Shown here one piece after another: positions 11,829-21,646 of a DNA stretch of 36,511 nucleotides. The notes under the pieces were generated by a model. The model was given only the letters and a program-made list of their open reading frames with translations. It was not told the origin of the DNA and ran no database searches. Origin of the DNA: a virus; the IMG/VR virus record IMGVR_UViG_3300029251_000043; one strand, given 5' to 3'. Both the position numbers and the translations under genes were made by a program. Positions within the stretch are counted from its first letter, which is position 1, and every line of letters starts with the position of its first letter.

Positions 11829-13151
11829 ATGGAGATCAAGCGCGTCAAGCTGTCGGAAATCCGGCCATACGAGAAGAACCCGCGCAGAAACGATAGCGCG
11901 GTTGATGCTGTCGCCGCGTCAATTAAAGAGTTCGGCTGGCAACAGCCCATCGTCGTTGACAAGGACGGAGTTATCATTGCCGGGCATACTCGGTACAAAG
12001 CCGCGAAAAAGCTGAAATGCAAGGAAGTCCCTGTTGTATACGCGGACAACCTGACAGACGAGCAGGTCAAGGCGTACAGACTGGCGGACAACAAGACGAG
12101 CGAGCTTGCGGAATGGGACGCTGATTTGCTCTCAGAGGAATTGCTTGATCTCCAAGATTTCGATATGGGGCAGTTTGGGTTTGACTTTCCGGATGAACCT
12201 GAAATCGAAGAACTTAAATACGGAAAATGTGACGGGAGCAGGTCACTGTTCGACAAGTATGTTATTCCACCTTTCAGCGTCCTTGATGGAAGGTCGGGCG
12301 TTTGGCAGGAAAGAAAAAGAAAGTGGCATGAAATCCTCAAAACGGATTCAAGAGCCGGACGTGCTGAGGGTCTTCTCGGCGAAGGCTTAAACCAAATGGC
12401 AAAGAACATTGGGAGCAATTTAAACGGAACGAGCGAATTCGACCCCGTATTATGCGAGCTAATGATTCGCTGGTTTTGCCCAAAGGGGGGGCGAATTATT
12501 GACCCGTTCGCCGGCGGAAATGTGCGCGGCCTCGTCAGTATGTACCTTGGAAATTATTATACTGGCGTTGATCTGCGACAGGAGCAGATTGACGAAAATA
12601 GCAAAGCGCTCGAAAAGCTGATCCGCACAGACCCGTCTGCTTGCCAAATGGAAAACAAACCGACGTGGCATTGTGGAGACAGCATGGATATAAAGGAGAT
12701 TGTAAATCAAAGCGGATTTGACTTTCTTCTGATGTGCCCACCATACGGAGACCTCGAAAAATATTCTGACGATCCCAAAGATATTTCGAATATGACTTAC
12801 GAAAATTTTATTTCAACATATTCGGAAATCATTAGCAGAACAGTTTCCTTGCTGAAAAATGATGCTTACTGCGCGGTTGTAATCAGCGACATAAGGGACA
12901 AAAAGGGGATATATCGAGGGTTCTATTCGGATACAATCAAAGCTTTCAACGATGCTGGATGTTCTCTTTACAATGACATTGTAAAAATTGATCCTGTTGC
13001 AACAGCGGCCTTGCGAGCCGATCTTCAATTCAAAAACGGGAGAAAGGTCGTTAGAACACACCAGAATGTTCTTGTTTTTATCAGAGGCAATAACAAAAAT
13101 ATAAATCTCGAACCTTACGATTTTGTCTTTGATGAAGAAACAGAAGAATAA
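11829..13151 (+). CDS. ParB-like nuclease domain fused to a DNA methyltransferase
   Basis: ORF-track 11811..13151, ATG 11829 after GGGAGG. ParB-N motif IRPYEKNPRRND...GHTRYKAA. Methylase motifs DPFAGG and CPPY. Confidence 0.8.
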   Translation: MEIKRVKLSEIRPYEKNPRRNDSAVDAVAASIKEFGWQQPIVVDKDGVIIAGHTRYKAAKKLKCKEVPVVYADNLTDEQVKAYRLADNKTSELAEWDADLLSEELLDLQDFDMGQFGFDFPDEPEIEELKYGKCDGSRSLFDKYVIPPFSVLDGRSGVWQERKRKWHEILKTDSRAGRAEGLLGEGLNQMAKNIGSNLNGTSEFDPVLCELMIRWFCPKGGRIIDPFAGGNVRGLVSMYLGNYYTGVDLRQEQIDENSKALEKLIRTDPSACQMENKPTWHCGDSMDIKEIVNQSGFDFLLMCPPYGDLEKYSDDPKDISNMTYENFISTYSEIISRTVSLLKNDAYCAVVISDIRDKKGIYRGFYSDTIKAFNDAGCSLYNDIVKIDPVATAALRADLQFKNGRKVVRTHQNVLVFIRGNNKNINLEPYDFVFDEETEE

Positions 13152-13230
13152 TTAAAAAAACTCCTCGACATTTCCGCCGCCTTGCCTTAAGATACAAGCA
13201 AGAAAACAGATGACGGGGAGGGGCATTGCA

Positions 13231-13422
13231 ATGGGTATCGAAGAAGCTCGCGAACAGGCCTACAAAGCCAAATTCCTGTATTCCAACGGTAAAATTCAGA
13301 AGACCGAGGCGAAGGCTATGGTTAAGCCGTTTGAAGATGCGTTCAATGAGAAAAGCAAGCAAATGGCTAAGAAATTCGGTGTTAGGGCTAAGATGTTTTC
13401 CTTTGCCGCCTTTATGAGGTAA
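13231..13422 (+). CDS. hypothetical small protein
   Basis: ORF-track 13210..13422. ATG 13231 lies 8 nt after GGGGAGGGG. Confidence 0.55.
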   Translation: MGIEEAREQAYKAKFLYSNGKIQKTEAKAMVKPFEDAFNEKSKQMAKKFGVRAKMFSFAAFMR

Positions 13423-13448
13423 CCAACGCCAACGATAAATAGATAAAA

Positions 13449-13478
13449 AACAGGGCGCAGAAATGACGTCCTGTTTTT
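13449..13478 (+). terminator. rho-independent terminator
   Basis: AACAGGGCG / CGTCCTGTT 9-bp stem (one G-U pair) running into TTTTT. Confidence 0.65.
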
Positions 13479-13511
13479 ACGTTTAATCACTAAAAAGGGG
13501 AGTGCGAAGAT

Positions 13512-14003
13512 GTGCCGACGGTGGACTGGGAGCGGATAAGAGCCGAGTATATAGCTGGCGGTGCATCCATACGCAATCTGGCTGACAAGTACGGGATTTC
13601 CAAGGACGCGGTCGGACGAAGAGCGAAAGCGGAAAAGTGGAAAGAGACCCGCGACAAAACCGCGACAAAAGTGCGACAAAGGACAAATGAGCGCATTGTC
13701 GCGCAGAAAGCGGACGAAGCAGCAAATAACGCTGTTATTGCCGCAAGAATTCGGTCAAAGCTCCTTCTCCGACTAGAGAGCGAGATAGACGCTCTGCCCG
13801 GCAGCATCGGAACGGAGAGCGCAAAGGACATCGTCAAGTCTGAGAAGGGTAGTGGAAGACGCGAGGTTGTGTCGAAGCACTGGCGGCTTCGCGATCTGAC
13901 GGCGGCTTATAAAGATTTGACGGCAGACATGGACTTGGCGGACGTTGACACCGAAGACATTGACGCGACACGCGAAGAGGTATATGGCGATGAAGACACG
14001 TAA
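13512..14003 (+). CDS. terS: terminase small subunit
   Basis: ORF-track 13512..14003. N-terminal HTH (IRNLADKYGISKDAV). Positioned directly before TerL. Confidence 0.7.
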   Translation: MPTVDWERIRAEYIAGGASIRNLADKYGISKDAVGRRAKAEKWKETRDKTATKVRQRTNERIVAQKADEAANNAVIAARIRSKLLLRLESEIDALPGSIGTESAKDIVKSEKGSGRREVVSKHWRLRDLTAAYKDLTADMDLADVDTEDIDATREEVYGDEDT

Positions 14004-15300
14004 ATATGTGCCTGTTTTCAGCCCAAAGCACCTCTCGTATATCCGCGCCTGTCGAAAAAATATGTACAACATCGCCGAGGGAGCTGTTCGCGCTGGAAAG
14101 ACGGTTGATAATGTTTTCGCTTTCTGCACTGAGCTTGAAACTTGCCCGGACAAGATACATCTTGCGAGTGCTTCAACATCACCAACGGCAAAGCTGAATA
14201 TCGGAGACTGTAACGGAATGGGCATTGAAGCCCAGTTCCGTGGGCGCTGCACGTGGGGCAAATATCGAGGGAACGACTGCATCCGCGTCAGGACGAAGAC
14301 AGGAGAGAAGATTGTAATCTTTGCCGGAGCTGGAAAGGCGGACAGCTTTAAGCGAATCCGAGGAAACAGTTACGGCATGTGGATTGCAACGGAGGTCAAT
14401 CTTCACCATGAATCTTTCATTCAGGAGGCGTTCAACCGAACCGCTGCGGCAAAACTGAGAAAGTTCTTCTGGGACTTGAACCCAAGCGCACCCAATTCTC
14501 CGATATACGAAAAATATATCGACCTGTACCGCATAAAGCAGGAGCGCGGAGAATTGCCGGGCGGATGCAATTACGAACTGTTTCTGATGCGCGACAATGC
14601 GACAATATCCGACGAGAGGTTTGCGGAAATTGTCGCGCAGTACGACCCGCAATCCGTATGGTACAAGCGAGACATCGAGGGAAAGCGCGTATCTGCCGAA
14701 GGCATGATCTACCCCGGCTATTCCTCAGCACTTGAAACACCGTTCACGCCGCCGCGCTGGCGTGATGTTTTTATTTCCATCGACTACGGCACACAAAACG
14801 CCTTCGCTGCCCTGCTATGGGGCAAAAGCGAGGGCGTTTGGCATATTTTTCGGGAATACCGCTACTCAGGACGCGACACGCAGGTGCAAAAGACCGATGA
14901 GGACTATGTGCGCGACATGGAACGGTTCGTCAGCGAGAGCCTGCCAGAAGACCAGCAGCGCGGCGTGATGACGATCATTGACCCTTCCGCCGCATCGTTC
15001 ATCGCGGCACTCAGGCGTTCACGGCTTTCCTTCCGCGTGCGCAAAGCAGACAACGACGTGCTGGACGGCATCCGCGACGTTGCGGTTTGCATGCAGCGCG
15101 GCGACGTGCGGATTTTCGACAATCTGCCGGAACTGCGGAAAGAGTTTGACGGCTATGTTTGGGACGACAAGGCGGACGACAAGCCGATTAAGGTAAATGA
15201 CCACCTGATGGACGCGTTGCGCTACGGAGTGCGCACCATGCGGCTTGTCAAGCCGAAAGAAGAGTATAAAAGCCCATTCTTTGGGCGAGGAGGTGATTAA
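13984..15300 (+). CDS. terL: terminase large subunit
   Basis: ORF-track 13945..15300, start ATG 13984. Walker A-like GAVRAGKT and a C-terminal nuclease region. Confidence 0.85.
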   Translation: MAMKTRKYVPVFSPKHLSYIRACRKNMYNIAEGAVRAGKTVDNVFAFCTELETCPDKIHLASASTSPTAKLNIGDCNGMGIEAQFRGRCTWGKYRGNDCIRVRTKTGEKIVIFAGAGKADSFKRIRGNSYGMWIATEVNLHHESFIQEAFNRTAAAKLRKFFWDLNPSAPNSPIYEKYIDLYRIKQERGELPGGCNYELFLMRDNATISDERFAEIVAQYDPQSVWYKRDIEGKRVSAEGMIYPGYSSALETPFTPPRWRDVFISIDYGTQNAFAALLWGKSEGVWHIFREYRYSGRDTQVQKTDEDYVRDMERFVSESLPEDQQRGVMTIIDPSAASFIAALRRSRLSFRVRKADNDVLDGIRDVAVCMQRGDVRIFDNLPELRKEFDGYVWDDKADDKPIKVNDHLMDALRYGVRTMRLVKPKEEYKSPFFGRGGD

Positions 15301-15302
15301 AG

Positions 15303-16667
15303 GTGCTGACGTGGCAGGATTTTCCAACGGACGAGAACGAAATTCCGGAGTTCATCGCTCAGATGATTTCTGAACACGACCCCAATGAAGCGGTTGAGAC
15401 GGCGCGAACTGCTGACCTATACGACCATCAGCGGAACAAGACCATCAACGAATATGTGAAGAAAATCTATTCGTCTGCGGGCGTGGCGGTTCAAAATTAT
15501 GTTGCTTCAAACAACAAAATCGCATCGAATTTTTTTAGACGGCTGAACACGCAGCGTTGCACCTATTCGCTCGGCAATGGCGTGACGTTTGCAAAGAATA
15601 CGGATGCAGCCAAAGCAAAGCTGGGCGACACGTTCGACACGGAGATTTATCGTGCCGGATATCTGGCACTGATTCACGGTGTCAGCTTTGTTTTCTTCAA
15701 TTTTGACCACATCCACGTCTTCCCACTGACTGAGTTCGTGCCGCTGTGGGACGAGAACGACGGCACTTTGCGGGCGGGTCTGCGCTATTGGCGCATTGAC
15801 AGAGAAAAGCCCACGATTGCGATTCTGTATACCGAGGACGGATACAGGAGATACAAGTCTAAAGGCGGGTATGCAAAATTTGAGAAGGACGGCGAAAAGC
15901 GCAGCTACAAGCAGACGATTTCAAAAGCGCCTGCCGACGCTGAGCCGGAAGTCATCGCAGAAGAAAATTATAGCCGCCTGCCGATTGTCCCGCTTTGGGG
16001 CAGCCGCTTGCATCAGTCAACGCTTATCGGGTTGCAGCAAAGCATTGACAGCTATGATCTAATCCGGTCTGGCTTTGCAAACGACTTGCAAGACTGTGCA
16101 CAAATCTACTGGATACTCGAAAACTACGGCGGCATGAAAGAGGAAGAACTCCAACGTTTCCGCGACCAGATACTATTGCAGCACATCGCAGTAGCGGACA
16201 CAACGGACGGCGGCGCAATCAAGCCGTATACGCAAGACATACCGTATGCCGCGCGGACGGCGTATTTGCAGACCATCAGGCAGGATATCTACGAGGATTT
16301 CGGTGGGTTTGACACGAAGGCGATTTCCGCATCAAATCAGACCGCGACGGCAATCAATTCTGCGTTTCAACCGCTGGATGAGAACGCCGACGACTTTGAA
16401 AACCAGATTGAAACGTGCATCAGGTCGATTCTGGGTCTGATCGGCATTGATGATGTCCCCGTTTTCAAGCGAAACCGCATCAGCAACCAGCTTGAACAGG
16501 TTCAAATGCTGATGCTGGAAGCGCCGTATCTTGACAGACAGACGATCCTTGAGAATCTGCCGAATATCTACATCGACAAGGTGCCGGAGATTATGGCGCG
16601 GTTGGACGAGGAAACAGAAGGGCGGTTTGTGCGTGGCGATGAAGAAAATGCTGGTGATGACGAGTGA
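15303..16667 (+). CDS. portal protein (SPP1 gp6-like)
   Basis: ORF-track 15303..16667. The size and its position after TerL fit a portal. Confidence 0.8.
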   Translation: MLTWQDFPTDENEIPEFIAQMISEHDPNEAVETARTADLYDHQRNKTINEYVKKIYSSAGVAVQNYVASNNKIASNFFRRLNTQRCTYSLGNGVTFAKNTDAAKAKLGDTFDTEIYRAGYLALIHGVSFVFFNFDHIHVFPLTEFVPLWDENDGTLRAGLRYWRIDREKPTIAILYTEDGYRRYKSKGGYAKFEKDGEKRSYKQTISKAPADAEPEVIAEENYSRLPIVPLWGSRLHQSTLIGLQQSIDSYDLIRSGFANDLQDCAQIYWILENYGGMKEEELQRFRDQILLQHIAVADTTDGGAIKPYTQDIPYAARTAYLQTIRQDIYEDFGGFDTKAISASNQTATAINSAFQPLDENADDFENQIETCIRSILGLIGIDDVPVFKRNRISNQLEQVQMLMLEAPYLDRQTILENLPNIYIDKVPEIMARLDEETEGRFVRGDEENAGDDE

Positions 16668-17704
16668 CAGATCAGGCGGTTCGGTGGACTGACAAGCAAA
16701 TCGAAGAGCTAGAGCGGCGCATCCGCGACGTATACACTGACGCGGCGGCTGATATTCAACGCAAACTTGACAAGTTCATCGCAAAGTTTCGCAGGGACGA
16801 TAAAAAGTGCCGTGCGCAGCTCGAAGCGGGAGAGATCACGCAAGAGACGTACCGCGATTGGCTGGCGGGGCAAGTGTTCCAAGGCAAACGCTGGCGGCAG
16901 ATGCTTTCCAATCTGACGGAGACGCTGACACATAGCAATGAGCTTGCTATGCAGATCATCAACGACACGACCCCGGAAGCGTTTGCCTATAATGCCAACT
17001 GGTCGAGCTACACGCTCGAAAAGGGCGCACGGATAAACATGGGCTTTGAACTGTACGACGCATCGACCGTGAAGCAGCTTATCCGCGATCAGCCCGACCT
17101 TCTGCCGCCGTCAAAGGTGGATATACCAGCAGACAAGCGCTGGAATCATACGCAGATCACGCAGCAGATCACGCAGGGCATCATCCAAGGCGAACCACTT
17201 GAGACGGTCGTGAAGCGATTGCAGCGCGTGACGACGGCAAACGAGGTCAGCGCAAGGCGGCACGCGAGAACAGCGATGACCTACGCACAGAACGCAGGAC
17301 GCATTGAAAGCTATCATCAGGCGGCGAAGCTGGGTATCAAGCTGCAAAAGGAGTGGCGGGCGACGCTGGACAACCACACGCGCCATTCTCACGCTATGCT
17401 TGACGGGCAGCGGGTGGACGTAGACAAGCCGTTTCAGAGCGAGCTTGGCGAGATCATGTGTCCGGGCGACCCGAACGCAAGACCCGCGAACGTGTACAAC
17501 TGCCGGTGTGCGCTCGTGTCGTACAATCCCAAGTACCCGCCGAGAAATGAGACGCGGCTCGACAACATCACCCGAGACACAATACCGTTTAAGACTTATG
17601 CGGAATGGGCGGGATGGAAGGAGACGCACAATGGCGGGAAACCTGATCGACAACAGCGCGGCGGTTCTGGCAGAGCTGGAACGCGCAAAGGCGCGTGCAC
17701 TTGA
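16664..17704 (+). CDS. head morphogenesis protein (SPP1 gp7 / Mu F-like)
   Basis: ORF-track 16664..17704. Motifs WRATLDNHTRHSHAMLDGQ and YNCRCAL. Confidence 0.8.
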   Translation: MTDQAVRWTDKQIEELERRIRDVYTDAAADIQRKLDKFIAKFRRDDKKCRAQLEAGEITQETYRDWLAGQVFQGKRWRQMLSNLTETLTHSNELAMQIINDTTPEAFAYNANWSSYTLEKGARINMGFELYDASTVKQLIRDQPDLLPPSKVDIPADKRWNHTQITQQITQGIIQGEPLETVVKRLQRVTTANEVSARRHARTAMTYAQNAGRIESYHQAAKLGIKLQKEWRATLDNHTRHSHAMLDGQRVDVDKPFQSELGEIMCPGDPNARPANVYNCRCALVSYNPKYPPRNETRLDNITRDTIPFKTYAEWAGWKETHNGGKPDRQQRGGSGRAGTRKGACT

Positions 17705-18053
17705 AACCATCGGTCAGCAGGCTGAGCGATACGCGAAAGACAAGTGCCCCGTTGGAACGGTTGAAAGCACGGGAAAGAAAGGGTACATCGGTGGAACTTT
17801 AAGAAACAGCATCACGCACAGGGTTGACGATGACGCGGTAAGCGTGGGGAGCAACGTCGAATATGCCCCATATGTCGAGCTGGGCACTGGACCGTATTTC
17901 GAAGCACCGCCTGAATGGGAGCAGTTCACGACGACGCGAGGAAACGGCGTTGGTAAATCCTACGTCAGACCCAGACCGTATATCAGACCCGCGATTGAAG
18001 ATCACCGCGAAGAGTACAAGGAAATCATGCGAGACGAGCTGTCAGGAGGTTAA
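17631..18053 (+). CDS. HK97 gp10-family protein
   Basis: Tail of ORF-track 17445..18053, starting at ATG 17631 after AAGGAG. Motifs GGTLRNSI and VGSNVEYAPYVELGT. Confidence 0.65.
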   Translation: MAGNLIDNSAAVLAELERAKARALETIGQQAERYAKDKCPVGTVESTGKKGYIGGTLRNSITHRVDDDAVSVGSNVEYAPYVELGTGPYFEAPPEWEQFTTTRGNGVGKSYVRPRPYIRPAIEDHREEYKEIMRDELSGG

Positions 18054-18054
18054 A

Positions 18055-18225
18055 ATGGGGCTTATCAAGTGGTTCAGACGCGAGAAAATCCGCCGGGGAG
18101 CGCGAAAAGAGATCAAACATGCGCGAGAATCCGCGCCCGCTACAAGGCAAGGTCAACGCGCGCTGGCGCGGAAGATTGAGAAAATCAGGGCAAAGGCAAA
18201 CAAGGAAATTGACAAGCACCGCTGA
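18055..18225 (+). CDS. small basic protein, 56 aa
   Basis: Tail of ORF-track 17863..18225, starting at ATG 18055 after CAGGAGG. Confidence 0.5.
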   Translation: MGLIKWFRREKIRRGARKEIKHARESAPATRQGQRALARKIEKIRAKANKEIDKHR

Positions 18226-18244
18226 GAGCAGCGGTTTTTCTTTT
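18219..18244 (+). terminator. rho-independent terminator
   Basis: CCGCTG-AGAG-CAGCGG hairpin followed by TTTTTCTTTT. Confidence 0.7.
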
Positions 18245-18322
18245 GGCAAAAACGGCAAAGTACCGCCGTTTGCATATAAAGCGAAGGGCGAAGAACAGCC
18301 CCCGAAGTAAAGGAGCGTAAAC

Positions 18323-18904
18323 ATGGCATTTACCAGAAAATTTCTCAAGGCGCTTGGTCTGACCGAGGAACAGGTTGACAGCGTGGTTGAGGCGCACACG
18401 GAAACCGTTGACGGGCTGAAAAGCCAGATGGCGGACTACAAAGCCGACGCCGAGAAGCTGAAAGACGTTCAGAAGGAGTTGGACGGCCTGAAAGCCAAGG
18501 GCGGCGGCGAGGACTACAAAAGCAAGTATGACAGCGAGCACGCGGCTTTTGAGAAGTACAAGCAAGACCAGAGCGCCAAGGAATCGGCGGCACTGACCGA
18601 GCGGCTGTACCGGGAGCAGCTTACCGCGCTGGGCATCACTGGAAAGCGAGCTGACAGCATTGTACGCCTGACTGATCTTTCCACCGTGAAGGTCAAGGAC
18701 GGCAAGCTGGAAGACGCGGAAGGCGTGAAGAAGGGCATCCAGACCGACTATGCGGATTTCATCCCGAACACCAATACGCACGGCGCGAATGTGGATAATC
18801 CGCCCGACAACAATGGCGGCGGCGGGGCATCCAGCCGTGCGGCACAGGTTGCCAAGGATTATTACGCCGCGATTTATGGCGCGGCAGAAGGAGCGAAAAA
18901 ATGA
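18323..18904 (+). CDS. scaffolding protein (GP20-like)
   Basis: ORF-track 18323..18904. Coiled-coil-rich and positioned before the capsid genes. Confidence 0.7.
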   Translation: MAFTRKFLKALGLTEEQVDSVVEAHTETVDGLKSQMADYKADAEKLKDVQKELDGLKAKGGGEDYKSKYDSEHAAFEKYKQDQSAKESAALTERLYREQLTALGITGKRADSIVRLTDLSTVKVKDGKLEDAEGVKKGIQTDYADFIPNTNTHGANVDNPPDNNGGGGASSRAAQVAKDYYAAIYGAAEGAKK

Positions 18905-19260
18905 GCTTTATCAAAGCTGAAAACGGCACGGTTTACGCGCCTGGTTATTTTCTGGTTCATCCAGAAGACGTAACGCGGGAGACTTGCACGGTCAAGGCAG
19001 ACCACGAGAACGTCAAAACCGCCACAAACGGCGGCAAGTATGTTCCAGCGGGGTCTGTCATCCCGGCGAATGACACAACGGCGGTCGGCATCCTGTATGA
19101 GGATGTGGACGTGTCCAGCGGCGACATGCCGGGGTCTGTCGTTACGCGCGGAGCTGTCTATGAGGACAAGATTTCTCCGGCGGTTGATACGGCTGCAAAG
19201 GCGGCGCTGAAAGGCATCACCTTTGTTGCTACTACCCCGGCGATCACGCGCCCGTACTGA
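18901..19260 (+). CDS. putative head decoration protein
   Basis: ORF-track 18901..19260. It lies between the scaffold and the E-type capsid gene. The call is positional plus weak motif resemblance. Confidence 0.45.
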   Translation: MSFIKAENGTVYAPGYFLVHPEDVTRETCTVKADHENVKTATNGGKYVPAGSVIPANDTTAVGILYEDVDVSSGDMPGSVVTRGAVYEDKISPAVDTAAKAALKGITFVATTPAITRPY

Positions 19261-19275
19261 AAGAGGTGAAGAAAA

Positions 19276-20340
19276 ATGGCTGAAATGTTTGAAAACAACA
19301 TCCTGGGTTTTATCCCGCAGAAAGATTGGCTGAACATCCCGTTCCAGGTTGCCCGCCCGAACGACCCGATTGACGGTCTGTTCGGCGACACGCGAACCGC
19401 GAATCTGGTAGCCTACTGGCAGAGCATCGCGGCGCAGTATCAGATCCCCGTCATGGCGCAGTTCCACGGCTTTGATACCGAAGCACGAACGACCTTCCGC
19501 GTTCCGGTCGATACGCACAACATCGAAAAGGGTCTGATTAAAGTCAAAATCAATCAGTCCGAGCGCATGCGCGCTCTTCTGCGAAGCGGCGTGCAGCAGA
19601 ATGACATGTACGATTATGTCATCCGAGATGGCATTAACCTGTCGGAGCAGGTCGTGACGCGCACGAAGGTTGCCAAGAACGAGCTGCTGGCAACGGGCAA
19701 GGTAACGATCAAGGAGAATAACCTCAACCTGACCGTTGATTACGGCGTGCCGTCCGGGCAGACCTCCAAGACGCTTGATCTGTCCGAGAGTGCTAACGTG
19801 CCGAAGCTGCTGCAAGCGCTGATCGATGAGGCAACCGACAACGGCGTGACGCTGACTGGCATTTACACCAGCAAGGCGAACATCACCAAAATGCGCAGCA
19901 ATGCGGCGATTCAGAAGGCTGTGAACGGCAACGTTGGCGCTGGCGCTCTTGTCCGCGCGGATGCTTTCAACGCCTATCTCAATGAGGAGTTTGGCATTCA
20001 GCGCGTTATCGCAAACGATTTGACCTATGCGGTCGAAAATGGCGTCGGCACGAATGGTCGTCCGAACAGAACGACGAAGCGCTACTACCCGAAAGATAAG
20101 ATCACACTCTTCGCGGCGAATCCTGCTGGTCGTCTGGGCGAGGGTCTGTGGGGCGACCCGCCGGAGACTGACGCGGGTGCGTTTATGCAGGTCGGAGTGA
20201 GCGGCGCAAGCCCGTATGTCTACGTTTCGCAGTGGATGGAGAAAGATCCGGCTGTTCTGTGGACAAAGGCAAGCGCGCTCTTTATGCCGATGCTTTACAA
20301 TCCGAACAGCCTGTATATTGCGTCTGTGACGGGGGAATAA
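19276..20340 (+). CDS. major capsid protein (lambda gpE-like family)
   Basis: ORF-track 19276..20340. Size, position and overall sequence character fit this family. Confidence 0.8.
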   Translation: MAEMFENNILGFIPQKDWLNIPFQVARPNDPIDGLFGDTRTANLVAYWQSIAAQYQIPVMAQFHGFDTEARTTFRVPVDTHNIEKGLIKVKINQSERMRALLRSGVQQNDMYDYVIRDGINLSEQVVTRTKVAKNELLATGKVTIKENNLNLTVDYGVPSGQTSKTLDLSESANVPKLLQALIDEATDNGVTLTGIYTSKANITKMRSNAAIQKAVNGNVGAGALVRADAFNAYLNEEFGIQRVIANDLTYAVENGVGTNGRPNRTTKRYYPKDKITLFAANPAGRLGEGLWGDPPETDAGAFMQVGVSGASPYVYVSQWMEKDPAVLWTKASALFMPMLYNPNSLYIASVTGE

Positions 20341-20387
20341 CCGCGCTGTCTGGAACGCCTACGCCCCAAAGCGTCAATCTCGACGGT

Positions 20388-20501
20388 ATGACAAAGGCTG
20401 AATTGCTTGCGTATGCCGCCGAGAATGGCATTGAGGGTGTCAGCAGCGCTATGTTAAAGGCGGACATTATCGCGGCAATCAGAGCCGCAGAGAAGGAGTA
20501 A
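20388..20501 (+). CDS. HeH/Rho-N-like small domain; either a separate 37-aa ORF or a frameshift extension of the capsid protein
   Basis: MTKAELLAYAAENGIEGVSSAMLKADIIAAIRAAEKE. There is no SD before ATG 20388. The frame is open back to 20232, in the -1 frame relative to the capsid gene. Confidence 0.4.
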   Translation: MTKAELLAYAAENGIEGVSSAMLKADIIAAIRAAEKE

Positions 20502-20507
20502 CGGCAA

Positions 20508-20927
20508 ATGCTGGAAACGGTTTTGACGCATCTGCACAACTGGTTTCCTGTCAAAGGCGGCAAGCACAAAGGAACGTTTTCAATCGTTTCCGGTATGCCT
20601 GACGTTGACTTTTTGACGAATGGTCAGTATTTCCGCGTCAAAGGCAGCGTGTTTTCCGACGGGCTGCACGTCTACCAGAGCGGCGAGACGCTGGCAGATG
20701 AAACCTTCGAGGGCGAAATCTGGGCGCTGGCAATCCCGAAAAGCGTCAAAGAGCTTTCGGAAGAAATCGCCGCGTACACGGAAAAGAACCCGGTGACCGA
20801 CAAGGTTTCTGAGAGCTTCGGCGGTTACAGTTACTCCCGCGCATCCGGCACGACTGGTGCGCCGACGGGCTGGCAGGGGGCTTTCGCCTCCCGCCTTGCC
20901 CCTTATCGGAGGATAAGTGATGATTAA
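20508..20927 (+). CDS. head-tail connector/adaptor protein
   Basis: ORF-track 20508..20927. The call is positional. Confidence 0.5.
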   Translation: MLETVLTHLHNWFPVKGGKHKGTFSIVSGMPDVDFLTNGQYFRVKGSVFSDGLHVYQSGETLADETFEGEIWALAIPKSVKELSEEIAAYTEKNPVTDKVSESFGGYSYSRASGTTGAPTGWQGAFASRLAPYRRISDD

Positions 20928-21279
20928 CGCAGAGCTAATCGAGATGTTTTCGCAGCCGTGCGTGATCCTAAAGAAAAAGCGCGTCCCTGATGGGTATGGC
21001 GGCTTTGAAACAAGCTGGTCGGACGGTGACAAGTTCGACGCGGCGATTGTCAAAGATCAGAGCTTGCAAGCACGTGTCGCCGAGAAGCAGGGCGTTTCCA
21101 GCGTCTACACCATCACAACGGCGCGAGGCGTTGCGCTTGAGTATCACGAGGTTTTCCGCCGCGTTTCTGATGGGGCAATCTTCCGCGTGACGAGTGACTA
21201 CACCGACAGCAGACCGCCTGACGTGGCGACGTTCGACTTTGAGCGAGTGACGGCTGAGAGGTGGGAACTTCCAACGTGA
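20920..21279 (+). CDS. head closure / head-tail joining protein
   Basis: ORF-track 20917..21279. ATG 20920 lies 7 nt after GGAGG. Confidence 0.55.
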   Translation: MINAELIEMFSQPCVILKKKRVPDGYGGFETSWSDGDKFDAAIVKDQSLQARVAEKQGVSSVYTITTARGVALEYHEVFRRVSDGAIFRVTSDYTDSRPPDVATFDFERVTAERWELPT

Positions 21280-21641
21280 ACGAGACGACAAAGGCACTAT
21301 ATAGCTTTTATTCCGGGTTCGGCATTGACGCATACCCGGAAAGCAACGTGCCGGAGGACGCGAAACTCCCATACATCACCTACACCGTCATTGAGCCGGA
21401 CTGGCGAAACGCTGCAAGCCATCAGGCGCGGGTGTGGTATCGGTCAGAAGGCTATAAGAAAATAAACGCCAAGGTTGACGAGATCACAAGGGCGGTTGGC
21501 GAGCTGCTCATGCTTCCGACGGCGAACGGCTATGTCGCCATTCGCCCCGCTGACCCGTTGGTGCAGTATCAGCCCATCGCAAACCCGGAGATCAAAGTCG
21601 CGTATCTCAATTTTCAAATCAATTCGTATCAATCGAGGTGA
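21276..21641 (+). CDS. tail completion / tail terminator-like protein
   Basis: ORF-track 21261..21641. GTG 21276 overlaps the upstream stop (GTGA). Confidence 0.5.
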   Translation: MNETTKALYSFYSGFGIDAYPESNVPEDAKLPYITYTVIEPDWRNAASHQARVWYRSEGYKKINAKVDEITRAVGELLMLPTANGYVAIRPADPLVQYQPIANPEIKVAYLNFQINSYQSR

Positions 21642-21646
21642 TATAA

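Noticed and set aside
18874-19815. Long minus-strand ORFs (this one and e.g. 3622-4575, 24711-25673, 30626-31579, 8094-8936)
   Set aside because: These are shadow ORFs opposite strongly supported + strand genes in GC-rich sequence. Their translations are low-complexity and R/A/G-rich, without RBS or motifs. None resembles an integrase.
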